A DNA stretch of 64,000 nt from assembly GCA_017424405.1 (NCBI GenBank), contig JAFPAD010000082.1:15802-79801 (forward strand). Direction: 5' to 3'. The stretch's first letter is position 1. Each line of letters starts with the position of its first letter. This stretch comes from Alistipes sp. (GTDB lineage: Bacteria; Bacteroidota; Bacteroidia; Bacteroidales; Rikenellaceae). Under the pieces are notes generated by a model. That model worked only from the letters and a program-made list of their open reading frames with translations, ran no database searches and had not been told where the DNA came from. Made by a program: the position numbers and the translations under genes. Below are positions 19,946 through 28,735 of this stretch, piece by piece.

Positions 19946-20013
19946 CAAAAGCGCAACACCGCAACACCGCAACAGGGTGTAGCGCTTTGTTGCGCTTGTT
20001 GCGCTTTGTTGCG
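19946..20013. repeat. Right arm: inverted copy of the left arm
   Basis: CAAAAGCGCAACACCGCAACACCGCAACAGGGTGTAGCGCTTTGTTGCGCTTGTTGCG(CTTTGTTGCG). Confidence 0.9.
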
Positions 20014-20037
20014 GAGCACCCACACAATATGGTTGCG

Positions 20038-20071
20038 AAAAAAAGCGACACCCCTCGAAAGGAGTATCGCT
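20038..20071 (-). terminator. Intrinsic terminator of the fab operon
   Basis: Minus strand AGCGATACTCCT-ttcg-AGGGGTGTCGCT followed by a T run. Confidence 0.85.
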
Positions 20072-20093
20072 AAAGCTATCAATGTTGTTGTCG

Positions 20094-20846
20094 TTAGCAA
20101 TTCATGCCGCCGCAGCAGTTGATTACCTGACCCGTAACATACGCCGAGAGGTCACTTGCCAAGAATACGGCAACATCTGCCACATCTTCGGGTGTGCCAC
20201 CACGACGCATAGGAATCTGTTGGCTCCATGCCTCGCGCACCTGCTCCGAGAGTTGTGATGTCATATCGGTCACGATAAAGCCCGGTGCGATGGCATTGGC
20301 GCGAATGCCGCGAGGACCCATCTCCTTGGCGATTGACTTTGTGAGTCCAATCATGCCAGCCTTCGATGCCGAGTAGTTACACTGACCTGCGTTGCCCGCG
20401 ACGCCCACAACCGACGACATGTTGATAATCGAGCCGCCACGTTGCTTTGCCATAATTGGAGTTACGGCGTGAACGAAGTTAAATGCCGACTTGAGGTTTA
20501 CGTTTATAACCTCGTCCCACTGCGCCTCCGACATGCGCATCATAAGTCCATCTTTGGTGATGCCTGCATTGTTTACCAACACATCTAAGCGACCGAAGTC
20601 TGCTACCACCTGCTTCACCACCTCGTGAGCCTCTTCGAACGAAGCAGCGTTGGCAGCATAAGCCTTTGCCTTCACGCCACACGCCTCCAAATCGGCTATA
20701 ATCTGGTCGGTAGTTTCATTTATAGTGCGCACCAAAATCGCTACATCGGCACCCTGCTCAGCGAAGCGCTGTGCTACAGCCTTGCCTATGCCTGTTGCAC
20801 GACCTGCGCCCGTTACAAGAGCTACCTTGCCTGAAAGAAGTTTCAT
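20094..20846 (-). CDS. fabG: 3-oxoacyl-ACP reductase
   Basis: SDR: NNAGITKD, GNAGQCNYSASKAG (YxxxK), PGFIVTDMT. Confidence 0.93.
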   Translation of the reverse strand: MKLLSGKVALVTGAGRATGIGKAVAQRFAEQGADVAILVRTINETTDQIIADLEACGVKAKAYAANAASFEEAHEVVKQVVADFGRLDVLVNNAGITKDGLMMRMSEAQWDEVINVNLKSAFNFVHAVTPIMAKQRGGSIINMSSVVGVAGNAGQCNYSASKAGMIGLTKSIAKEMGPRGIRANAIAPGFIVTDMTSQLSEQVREAWSQQIPMRRGGTPEDVADVAVFLASDLSAYVTGQVINCCGGMNC

Positions 20847-20951
20847 ATTTCTGTATCGTAGTTAATTTCCCGTTTCTGCGGTCTCTCTGTTGGAGCTTTT
20901 GCCGCTGCAGTCACGACCTATGGCTTTCGCCATTATACAAGTCTGACCCAA

Positions 20952-21009
20952 CGCCGCCTCGACTTGGCATAGTCTGCAAGCAGCCTCTGCTCTCGCCTTA
21001 ATGGCGGCG
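20952..21009. repeat. Palindromic intergenic element (probable interspersed REP-like repeat)
   Basis: CGCCGCC...GGCGGCG closing stem around CTTGGCATAGTCTGCAAGCAGCCTCTGCTCTCG, inside a 190-bp gap in an otherwise tight operon. Confidence 0.45.
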
Positions 21010-21036
21010 GTGAATTTTGAATTTTGAATTCTCCTT

Positions 21037-22287
21037 CTACTCCTCCCACTTACGCAATGCTACACATGAGTTGTGACCACCGAATCCGAGTGAGTTCGAG
21101 ATGGCGATTGTCACATCTGCCTTGCGTGCTACGTTTGGAGTGTAGTCCAAGTCGCACTCAGGGTCTGGCTCGTCCAAACCGATTGTAGGAGTCACGATGC
21201 CGTTCTTGAGTGTAAGTGTTGCTGCGATGAGCTCCACCGCACCCGTAGCTCCGAGCATGTGACCTGTCATTGACTTTGTTGAGCTGATGATGGCTTTGCG
21301 TGCAGCCTCCTCGCCCATGGCGAGCTTGATGGCAGCTGTCTCCATCTTGTCGTTAAGTGGGGTAGATGTGCCGTGAGCATTGATGTAAAGCAAGTCCTTC
21401 TCGGCGTCGAACTGTGCCTCGTCCAACGACTGCTTGATGGCGCGTGACGCTGGAATGCCGTCGGGACTTGGTGCTGTCACGTGGTGAGCATCACAGCTGT
21501 TGCCATAACCTACAACTTCGGCATAAATCTTTGCACCACGCTTCTGTGCACTCTCCAGCGACTCCAGCACCATAACACCGGCACCTTCACCCATGACGAA
21601 GCCGCTACGGTTGATGTTGAATGGAATAGAAGCCTTAAGTGGGTCGGTTGAGCGTGAAAGAGCTTTGCTATTGGCAAAGCCACCTATTGCGAGGGGATGC
21701 ACCGTTGCCTCGGCACCACCAGTGATGATTGCATCGGCATAACCGTGTTTTATTGCTCTGAAAGCCTCTCCAATAGCGTGAGTACCCGTTGCACAAGCCG
21801 TTACAACAGGCAGACATACTCCCTGTGCATTATATTTTATTGCCACATTTCCTGCTGCGATGTTACCAATCATCATAGGCACAAACAGTGGAGATATGCG
21901 ACGAACACCCTCTTTGATGAGTTTCTCGCTCTCGTTGAAGAATGTTTGCAAGCCACCAATTCCAGCACCTATATACACACCTAAACGTTCAGGCGCAACA
22001 TGCTCACCGCTGACCAAGCCACTGTCCTTCATTGCTTCGTTGGCAGCGGCTAATGCAAATTGGCAATATGGGTCGTTACGGCGTACGTCATTTCTATCCA
22101 GACCACACTCTTCGGGATTGAAGTCCTTAATCTGACCTGCAACGCTTATAGGTAGGTCGTATTCGTCGAAACCTTTGATAAGGTCGATTCCGCATTTACC
22201 CTCCACGAGGCTGTTCCAAAAATCTGTGAGATTATTTCCTACCGGAGTGATAACACCCATACCGGTAATTACAACTCTTCTTTCCAT
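21037..22287 (-). CDS. fabF: Beta-ketoacyl-ACP synthase II
   Basis: TACATG catalytic Cys, YINAHGTST, KSMTGHMLGA, SNSLGFGGHN. Confidence 0.95.
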   Translation of the reverse strand: MERRVVITGMGVITPVGNNLTDFWNSLVEGKCGIDLIKGFDEYDLPISVAGQIKDFNPEECGLDRNDVRRNDPYCQFALAAANEAMKDSGLVSGEHVAPERLGVYIGAGIGGLQTFFNESEKLIKEGVRRISPLFVPMMIGNIAAGNVAIKYNAQGVCLPVVTACATGTHAIGEAFRAIKHGYADAIITGGAEATVHPLAIGGFANSKALSRSTDPLKASIPFNINRSGFVMGEGAGVMVLESLESAQKRGAKIYAEVVGYGNSCDAHHVTAPSPDGIPASRAIKQSLDEAQFDAEKDLLYINAHGTSTPLNDKMETAAIKLAMGEEAARKAIISSTKSMTGHMLGATGAVELIAATLTLKNGIVTPTIGLDEPDPECDLDYTPNVARKADVTIAISNSLGFGGHNSCVALRKWEE

Positions 22288-22306
22288 TTCGTATAATTTT
22301 TTTCGT

Positions 22307-23260
22307 TTATTTTGTCCACTCTATAATGCACGCACCGGTGGTGAATCCAGCACCAAATGCGCTCATCAGTATCTTGTCACCCTTCTGCAACTTGCCGCCC
22401 TTTGCTAACTCATCTAACAACAGCGGAATGCTTGCCGAAGATGTGTTGCCACAATAATCCACATTGTGCGGGAAATATGACATATCGAGTTTGAGCCAAT
22501 TAGCTATGGCTTCGATAATGCGCATATTAGCCTGATGCAATACATAGTATTTTATATCCGCAGGGTGTAACCCTGCTTTGTCAAGCAAACGCTTGATGTC
22601 GCGCGATGACGACAACACGGCAGTCTTAAATACCTCCTTACCATTCATATACATTGGCGCACCATACTCCTCCTTGGTGATGTAGGGAGTGGGCTCCAAA
22701 TTTCTCACATAGTACAAGCAGTCGGTCTTGCTCTCTGTTGTTAGGCGTGAACATATCATGCCCTCGCCATGGCTAACCACTACCGCACCAGCTCCATCGC
22801 CGAACAATACGCACAAACTGCGGTCGCTCCAATCCACCATGCGAGATGGCTCCTCGGCTGCTACCACCAAAATATTTTGAGCCTTGCCACTCTTGATTCT
22901 GTCGTCTGCCATATCCAAAGCATAGACAAATCCCGAGCATGCTACGTTTATATCAACGCAAGCACACCTGGCGCCAATAGCTCCCTGAACGATGCAACTC
23001 AAGCCGGGTGTTATATACTCGCTTACCACATTCGAGCATATTATATAATCGATGTCTTTGGGTGTTAATCCGGCATCGGCTATCGCTTTCAGTGCGGCTT
23101 CTGTTGCCAAATCCTCCAACTTCTCCGACGAGATAACTCGGCGTTCAGCTATTCCCGTACGCGTCTTAATCCACTCGTCGTTGGTGTCGAGGAATTGCTC
23201 GAGCATTGCGTTTGTTACTATTTTGGAGGGGTGGGCCCTGCCGGTTCCAATAATTCTCAT
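22307..23260 (-). CDS. fabH: Beta-ketoacyl-ACP synthase III
   Basis: ACSGF catalytic Cys, LFGDGAGA, HQANMRI, GNTSSASIP. Confidence 0.93.
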   Translation of the reverse strand: MRIIGTGRAHPSKIVTNAMLEQFLDTNDEWIKTRTGIAERRVISSEKLEDLATEAALKAIADAGLTPKDIDYIICSNVVSEYITPGLSCIVQGAIGARCACVDINVACSGFVYALDMADDRIKSGKAQNILVVAAEEPSRMVDWSDRSLCVLFGDGAGAVVVSHGEGMICSRLTTESKTDCLYYVRNLEPTPYITKEEYGAPMYMNGKEVFKTAVLSSSRDIKRLLDKAGLHPADIKYYVLHQANMRIIEAIANWLKLDMSYFPHNVDYCGNTSSASIPLLLDELAKGGKLQKGDKILMSAFGAGFTTGACIIEWTK

Positions 23261-23459
23261 AAAAAATTATTCAACTTTAAAATTGTAAATATTCTGTGCC
23301 TTTTTTCAGGCTGCCGCAAAGGTATTTAAAAGCCCTCCCCACCCACTTTAGATGCGGTCGAAAACCTGTTTTTGTGATGAAAATAACATATTCTGTGGTA
23401 AAATTTATGTTTTTTCAACTTAAATCACGATATTTGCACAGAACTTAAACGCAATTCTA

Positions 23460-24389
23460 ATGGCAAAAATATATAAAAACCAAGAAATTCCCAAGTTTCT
23501 TTTAGATAAACGCTATTTATTTGGCTCGGTTGTCTTTGTAATGACATTTTCGTTCCTATTTATGGCTATTTATACTCCATTCTCAAACACCGTGTGGTTC
23601 GATGTTTCCAATCGACTCGACTTGGGAATGACGGTAGCGTTCTATATCGTGGCAGTCTCTATTATGTTGGTGAGCAAGATGTTGATGAATGCCATGCAAC
23701 ACCGCATATGTTTCACATACGCCAAGTACATCATGTGGGTTGTGGTGGAAATTTTGGCAATAGCTTTGTTCTATACCCATTTCACCAACGTCTATGTTCA
23801 ACCCGAGGATTACGACGCTGCGAACATTCTTGTTAAGGCGCTGGGTTGTATCTTGATGATAGTGGCTATTCCTTACACAATACTTACATTGTATGCCGCC
23901 TATCGTGACAAGACCGAAGAGTTGGAGATTCTCCAGTATGAGATGTCGCTCAACGAGGAGCCTTCGGTGAGTTATCCTTCGTTGGTGAATCTCTACGATT
24001 ACAATGGTACATTGAAACTCACCATCAACTCCGAATCTTTGTATTACATGGAGTCGCAGGATAACTACGTGAAGATATATTACGAAAATCAGGGTAAATT
24101 GCTCTCATACATGTTGCGTTGTCGTACAAAGGTCATCGAAGAGAATCTTGCCGACACAAGCATGGTGCGTTGTCATCGTTCCTACATTGTTAATGTGATG
24201 AAGATTAACCATATAAAGAAGGGCGGTAAGTCGCGTTATATTGTTCTTACGAACGAGCAGATTAAGCCTATCCCTGTTTCAAAGAGTTACTTCAAAAATA
24301 TCATCGAGAAGATTGATGCTTACAATGCATCAGTTTTGAAGAGTGGTACGTTCTCTGCGGCTATGGCAGAGGAAGGTGAGGCAGAATAG
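23460..24389 (+). CDS. Membrane-anchored LytTR-family transcriptional regulator
   Basis: About four N-terminal TM helices; C-terminal YMESQDNYVKI...RCHRSYIVN...IPVSKSY LytTR motifs; no receiver domain. Confidence 0.88.
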   Translation: MAKIYKNQEIPKFLLDKRYLFGSVVFVMTFSFLFMAIYTPFSNTVWFDVSNRLDLGMTVAFYIVAVSIMLVSKMLMNAMQHRICFTYAKYIMWVVVEILAIALFYTHFTNVYVQPEDYDAANILVKALGCILMIVAIPYTILTLYAAYRDKTEELEILQYEMSLNEEPSVSYPSLVNLYDYNGTLKLTINSESLYYMESQDNYVKIYYENQGKLLSYMLRCRTKVIEENLADTSMVRCHRSYIVNVMKINHIKKGGKSRYIVLTNEQIKPIPVSKSYFKNIIEKIDAYNASVLKSGTFSAAMAEEGEAE

Positions 24390-24438
24390 TAGATATTGAG
24401 GCAAAACACTCTGCCTCTACACCCAAACATAAGTAAAT

Positions 24439-25593
24439 ATGTCGATTGTAATCTGTTCAGTCATAGCAATTTTGCTATGCACACTGCCTGCGGGTGTAGT
24501 GTGGCTGTGTAATCGCAGTGTCGTGCTCGGTAAACTTGGACCCATCATGGTTCTATATGCTGTGGGTATGGTGTTGGGTAATATACCAGCCATAACAACC
24601 CATCTAACCCCTTTGCAAGATGTGCTTCCTAATGTTATGGTTCCGTTGGCGATTCCAATGATGCTTTATGGCTGCACGTTCTCGCGTCGTGAGGCTGGAT
24701 TGCAACTCAAGATAGTGGTGAGCGGATTTTTATCTGTGTGTTTGGCTGTGGTTATAGGATATGTCTTCTTCGGACGCCATGTTAATGAGGGTGCCGAGGT
24801 GGGAGGTATCATTACAGGAATGTACACCGGAGGAACACTCAATGCTGCAGCTTTGCAGGCTATCTTCCGCATTAAGAGTGAGACCTTTATCCTGATAAAC
24901 TCCTACGATATTATTATCTCGTTTATCTACTTCGTATTTCTGTTTAGTGTGGGTATAAAGTTGTTTCGCCGTCTTTATGGCGAGCGAGCGAAGCGCACCG
25001 AGGAGGTCGTGGAGTGTGATGTAGAACAAAGTGCAGGTAGTGCCTATAAGGAGCTTTTAACACGTGCAGGCGTGCGTCAGTTGATGAGTATCGTTGGTGT
25101 GACGTTGTTGATTGTGGCCGTGTCGGCGGGTGTAGCTTTGGTGTTGCCAGAGGAGTGGTTTATGATAGTCTTTATTCTCATGCTCACCACGTTGGGTGTT
25201 GTGGCATCGTTTGTTAAGCGTGTGCGCGAGATGACCTTGAGCTACGATGTGGGAATGTATCTGATTTATATCTTCAGCCTTACCATAGCCTCGATGGCAG
25301 ATTTCTCGTCGCTCGATATTAAGGGTGGCATAAATCAATTGGCATTTATGTCGATGGCTGTTTTTGTGTCGTTGATGTTGCATGCTGCATTTTGTCGTTT
25401 GATGCGCGTTGATGCCGACTCAATGATGATATCGTCGGTTGCTTTTATCAATTCACCACCATTTGTGCCTATGGCTGCGGTTGCCATGCGCAACAAGCGA
25501 GCTGTCGTAACAGGCTTGGGTGCAGGCATTGTAGGCTACGCTTTGGGAAACCATTTGGGTGTGTTGATGGCAGAGATATGTTCGAGGTTGTAA
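24439..25593 (+). CDS. DUF819-like multi-pass membrane protein
   Basis: About 11 TM segments; GMYTGGTLN and GIVGYALGNHLG motifs resemble DUF819. Confidence 0.7.
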   Translation: MSIVICSVIAILLCTLPAGVVWLCNRSVVLGKLGPIMVLYAVGMVLGNIPAITTHLTPLQDVLPNVMVPLAIPMMLYGCTFSRREAGLQLKIVVSGFLSVCLAVVIGYVFFGRHVNEGAEVGGIITGMYTGGTLNAAALQAIFRIKSETFILINSYDIIISFIYFVFLFSVGIKLFRRLYGERAKRTEEVVECDVEQSAGSAYKELLTRAGVRQLMSIVGVTLLIVAVSAGVALVLPEEWFMIVFILMLTTLGVVASFVKRVREMTLSYDVGMYLIYIFSLTIASMADFSSLDIKGGINQLAFMSMAVFVSLMLHAAFCRLMRVDADSMMISSVAFINSPPFVPMAAVAMRNKRAVVTGLGAGIVGYALGNHLGVLMAEICSRL

Positions 25594-25617
25594 TCCAATA
25601 GCATATTTTTTAGTAGT

Positions 25618-26409
25618 ATGAAATGTGCGTTAATCACGGGAGCCTCGTCGGGCATGGGTGAGGAGTATGCTCGACAGTTAGCTGCAAAGGGTTATAATAT
25701 CGTTGTGGTGAGTAACGATGCCGAGGGCAATCGTCGCGTCGCAGATGAATTAACCCAGCGATATAATGTGTGGGTGGAGTCGATATGTATGGATTTAACC
25801 CATGCTGATAGTGCAGAACAGGTATATCAGAGGGTGGTGAACCGAGGCTTGGAGGTGGAGATTTTCATCAGTAATGCGGGTATGTTGCTCTTCTCGCAGT
25901 TGGATCGTACCTTAGGCGACCACATCTCTCGAATCATTGCACTTCACTGCACAACCCCTACTCAGTTGTGTCGTCTCTTTGCAAGGGATATGCGCTTGCG
26001 AGGTCGGGGCAGAATCCTTATAGTAAGCTCCATTACGGCATGGACTCCCTATCCTACAATCTCTCACTATGCTGCGACGAAAGCCTACTTAAAGAGTTTT
26101 GCAGAGTCATTGTGGTATGAGATGCGTGATGCGGGGGTAAGTGTGACGGCAGTGTTCCCTTCGGCTGTGGATACTCCGTTTTATACGCTGGACGATAAGA
26201 TGCGACGTCTGTTGCTTCGTTGTGGAGTAATGATGAGTGCCGAGAGTGTTGTGCGCAAAGCCTTGAAAGCTATGTTTCGTTCTCGCAGGAGATGCTTGCC
26301 GGGTATTATCACCAAGTTGGAGGCTGCTGTATGTGCATTGATGCCATCGTGTATGTTGTTGCCAATATTGAAATTACCTCAGGTAAAACGAATATTGGAT
26401 AGGGTATAG
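25618..26409 (+). CDS. SDR-family NAD(P)-dependent oxidoreductase
   Basis: ITGASSGMG, SNAG, YAATK. Confidence 0.9.
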   Translation: MKCALITGASSGMGEEYARQLAAKGYNIVVVSNDAEGNRRVADELTQRYNVWVESICMDLTHADSAEQVYQRVVNRGLEVEIFISNAGMLLFSQLDRTLGDHISRIIALHCTTPTQLCRLFARDMRLRGRGRILIVSSITAWTPYPTISHYAATKAYLKSFAESLWYEMRDAGVSVTAVFPSAVDTPFYTLDDKMRRLLLRCGVMMSAESVVRKALKAMFRSRRRCLPGIITKLEAAVCALMPSCMLLPILKLPQVKRILDRV

Positions 26410-26436
26410 TGTTTTGCTGCGTGCGTTGAAAAAGAC

Positions 26437-26479
26437 AAGAGGTTGCTAACAAATAATTGTTAAACAACCTCTTTTTTTT
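26437..26479 (+). terminator. Intrinsic terminator
   Basis: AAGAGGTTG..TAACAA-at-..TTGTTA..CAACCTCT followed by a T run. Confidence 0.65.
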
Positions 26480-26495
26480 ATGCGGAGTCGCTGTG

Positions 26496-27620
26496 TTACT
26501 CAATCACAATGTCAAATTGGTCATACTCTGCTGTGCGCCATGCCATGTGTTGTGTACGACGTGAGAGCGCAAATAGTGGAGAGAATGTACGTACGCTGAT
26601 GGTCTTGCCGTCGGGACGGAACTCCAAGATACGTAACCAGCAATCACCACCGTTGCCATTCCAATCGCCATCACCTTGCTGCGAGTTGAACATCATCTGT
26701 GGAATATTGCGACCATCTATCGACTTATCTATACGCAATGAACTTGTCGGGCGGTAGTTAATCTCCTCCTCATTGCCTGTTATAGCAGGAGCATCTCCCG
26801 TATGACCACACAATACTAAGCATATATTTTTTGATGGATATACCAACTTCTGCCATACCGCCTCCGACCAATTACAAGGCGATAGGGTGTATCCCTCTCT
26901 AACGATGCGATTGCCTGCAGTGTCTAACCACGAGTGTGTGAGAATTATCACCTTGTGATTTTGGTATTTAGCCGACTCGGTGAGTTGTTTTGCCCACTCT
27001 ATAACCTCGTCGCGTGGCGCAAACTCGAAAGTGATAACAAGTAACTTGCCCCAAGCCTGATCTTCGAACTCGTAAGCTGAGTTCTCCATCGTATGCACCC
27101 CTTGAAAGTTTGGACATGTAGCCACCAAACTCTTCTCCCATGTGATGTTACGCTCGGGGTAGATGTATTCGGGAGCAATGGTGTGACGGTCTGTGGCGGT
27201 TATGTGACCTATGTCGTGATTGCCTTGTGCCACAACATATGGCAGGCGGTTGTCAAGACGACTTAATGCGCGCGACACTGCCTCCCATTGCTGACGACCT
27301 GTCTGGTCACCATTGTAATCGTTTGGTAGTGGGGCAGAGATTAACTTTCCGGTGTGCTCGACCATGTCGCCTGTAAAGAGCGCAGCCTTAATGTTCAACA
27401 GCCCTATGTTTTGAGCAATCCACGCTGTCTGCAAATCAAACAATGGCTGATTGGCAGCAAACTTAGTGTAGCTCTGTGGGTCGGGTACCATAATCATCGA
27501 GAACGACCCTTGCTCCTGAAGCTCTGGATACACTGGAATCTGAGGAACACCCTTGCGACCTTGAGCCATGAGGGTGGTTGCCATGAGGGCGGTAATGACA
27601 AATGCAGTTAATCTCTTCAT
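26496..27620 (-). CDS. Secreted calcineurin-like metallophosphoesterase
   Basis: Signal peptide; PDPQ, TGDMV, GNHD, LTHS, CGH motifs. Confidence 0.85.
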   Translation of the reverse strand: MKRLTAFVITALMATTLMAQGRKGVPQIPVYPELQEQGSFSMIMVPDPQSYTKFAANQPLFDLQTAWIAQNIGLLNIKAALFTGDMVEHTGKLISAPLPNDYNGDQTGRQQWEAVSRALSRLDNRLPYVVAQGNHDIGHITATDRHTIAPEYIYPERNITWEKSLVATCPNFQGVHTMENSAYEFEDQAWGKLLVITFEFAPRDEVIEWAKQLTESAKYQNHKVIILTHSWLDTAGNRIVREGYTLSPCNWSEAVWQKLVYPSKNICLVLCGHTGDAPAITGNEEEINYRPTSSLRIDKSIDGRNIPQMMFNSQQGDGDWNGNGGDCWLRILEFRPDGKTISVRTFSPLFALSRRTQHMAWRTAEYDQFDIVIE

Positions 27621-27636
27621 TGTAAAATGTTTTTAT

Positions 27637-28650
27637 TTAAAATAACATACCTTCTTTAGGTGTTGGCGTAATGCCCATGTGACTATAAGCCAACTCGGTA
27701 GCCTCACGACCTCGTGGGGTGCGTTTAATGAAACCCTCCTTAATCAAGAATGGTTCGTAAACATCTTCGATTGTACCAGCCTCTTCTCCCACGGCGGTGG
27801 CAATGGTGTTTAGTCCGACAGGACCTCCCTTAAATTTTTCGATGATGGTGGAGAGAATTTTGTTGTCCATCTGATCCAATCCTCGTGAATCGATATTCAA
27901 GGCTTGTAGGGCAATGCGAGTTATGGCAAGGTCGATGTGACCTTCGCCCTTAACCATTGCGAAGTCTCTTACACGGCGTAATAGTGCATTGGCGATACGA
28001 GGTGTGCCGCGTGAACGCAGAGCCACTTCGTGTGCTGCATCGTCGTCAATCGAGATGTCGAGTATGCGTGCAGAGCGCTTTACGATACCTGCCAAAACAG
28101 GTGTGTCATAATACTCCAAATGGCAGTTTATGCCGAAGCGTGCACGTAGGGGCGATGTCAGCAGTCCACTGCGAGTTGTTGCTCCCACCAATGTGAACGG
28201 TGCAAGCTCAATCTGAATGGAACGAGCCGAAGGACCCTTGTCAAGCACGATGTCTATCTTGTAATCCTCCATCGCCGAGTAGAGGTACTCCTCCACTATG
28301 GGGCTTAGGCGGTGAATCTCATCAATGAATAAAACATCACCAGCGTCGAGGTTCGTAAGCAAGCCTGCCAAGTCGCCCGGCTTATCCAATACAGGTCCCG
28401 ATGTGACTTTTAATTGCGCACCCATCTCGTGGGCGATGATGTTTGCCAGCGTGGTCTTACCAAGTCCCGGAGGACCGTGCAGAAGCACATGGTCGAGTGA
28501 GTCGCCACGCATCAGAGCAGCCTTGATGAAGACCTTCAAATTATCCACAATCTTATCCTGACCCGAGAAGGTCGAAAGCTCTTGTGGACGTATGCGATTT
28601 TCAAATTCGAGGTCGCTCTCGATATTTCTCATGTTTCTATCTTTTGCCAT
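27637..28650 (-). CDS. ruvB: Holliday junction branch migration helicase RuvB
   Basis: [42 protein letters not shown]. Confidence 0.97.
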   Translation of the reverse strand: MAKDRNMRNIESDLEFENRIRPQELSTFSGQDKIVDNLKVFIKAALMRGDSLDHVLLHGPPGLGKTTLANIIAHEMGAQLKVTSGPVLDKPGDLAGLLTNLDAGDVLFIDEIHRLSPIVEEYLYSAMEDYKIDIVLDKGPSARSIQIELAPFTLVGATTRSGLLTSPLRARFGINCHLEYYDTPVLAGIVKRSARILDISIDDDAAHEVALRSRGTPRIANALLRRVRDFAMVKGEGHIDLAITRIALQALNIDSRGLDQMDNKILSTIIEKFKGGPVGLNTIATAVGEEAGTIEDVYEPFLIKEGFIKRTPRGREATELAYSHMGITPTPKEGMLF

Positions 28651-28672
28651 TTGTTTTGAAGCAATATTTGCA

Positions 28673-28731
28673 CAAATATAGCAATAATTTTGGTTTTTGA
28701 ATTTTGATTTTTGAATTATTCAATATCTTTG
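28673..28731. promoter_or_regulatory. Back-to-back -7 promoter elements for ruvB (minus, TATATTTG 28673-28680) and uvrB (plus, TATCTTTG 28724-28731)
   Basis: Two TAnnTTTG matches in an 85-bp divergent gap. Confidence 0.6.
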
Positions 28732-28735
28732 TGTT

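Noticed and set aside
19333-20013. CRISPR array
   Set aside because: Repeats are 8-10 nt tandem units with no unique spacers, and there are no cas genes.
19233-20122. ORFs 19233-19463 (-) and 19931-20122 (+) sharing LCCACCALLR
   Set aside because: The shared peptide is simply the translation of the inverted repeat arms; non-ATG starts and no other coding signal.
28693-28719. TTTTGAA-like heptamer runs (also 21012-21030)
   Set aside because: Only 2-3 imperfect copies in AT-rich intergenic DNA; no supportable function.
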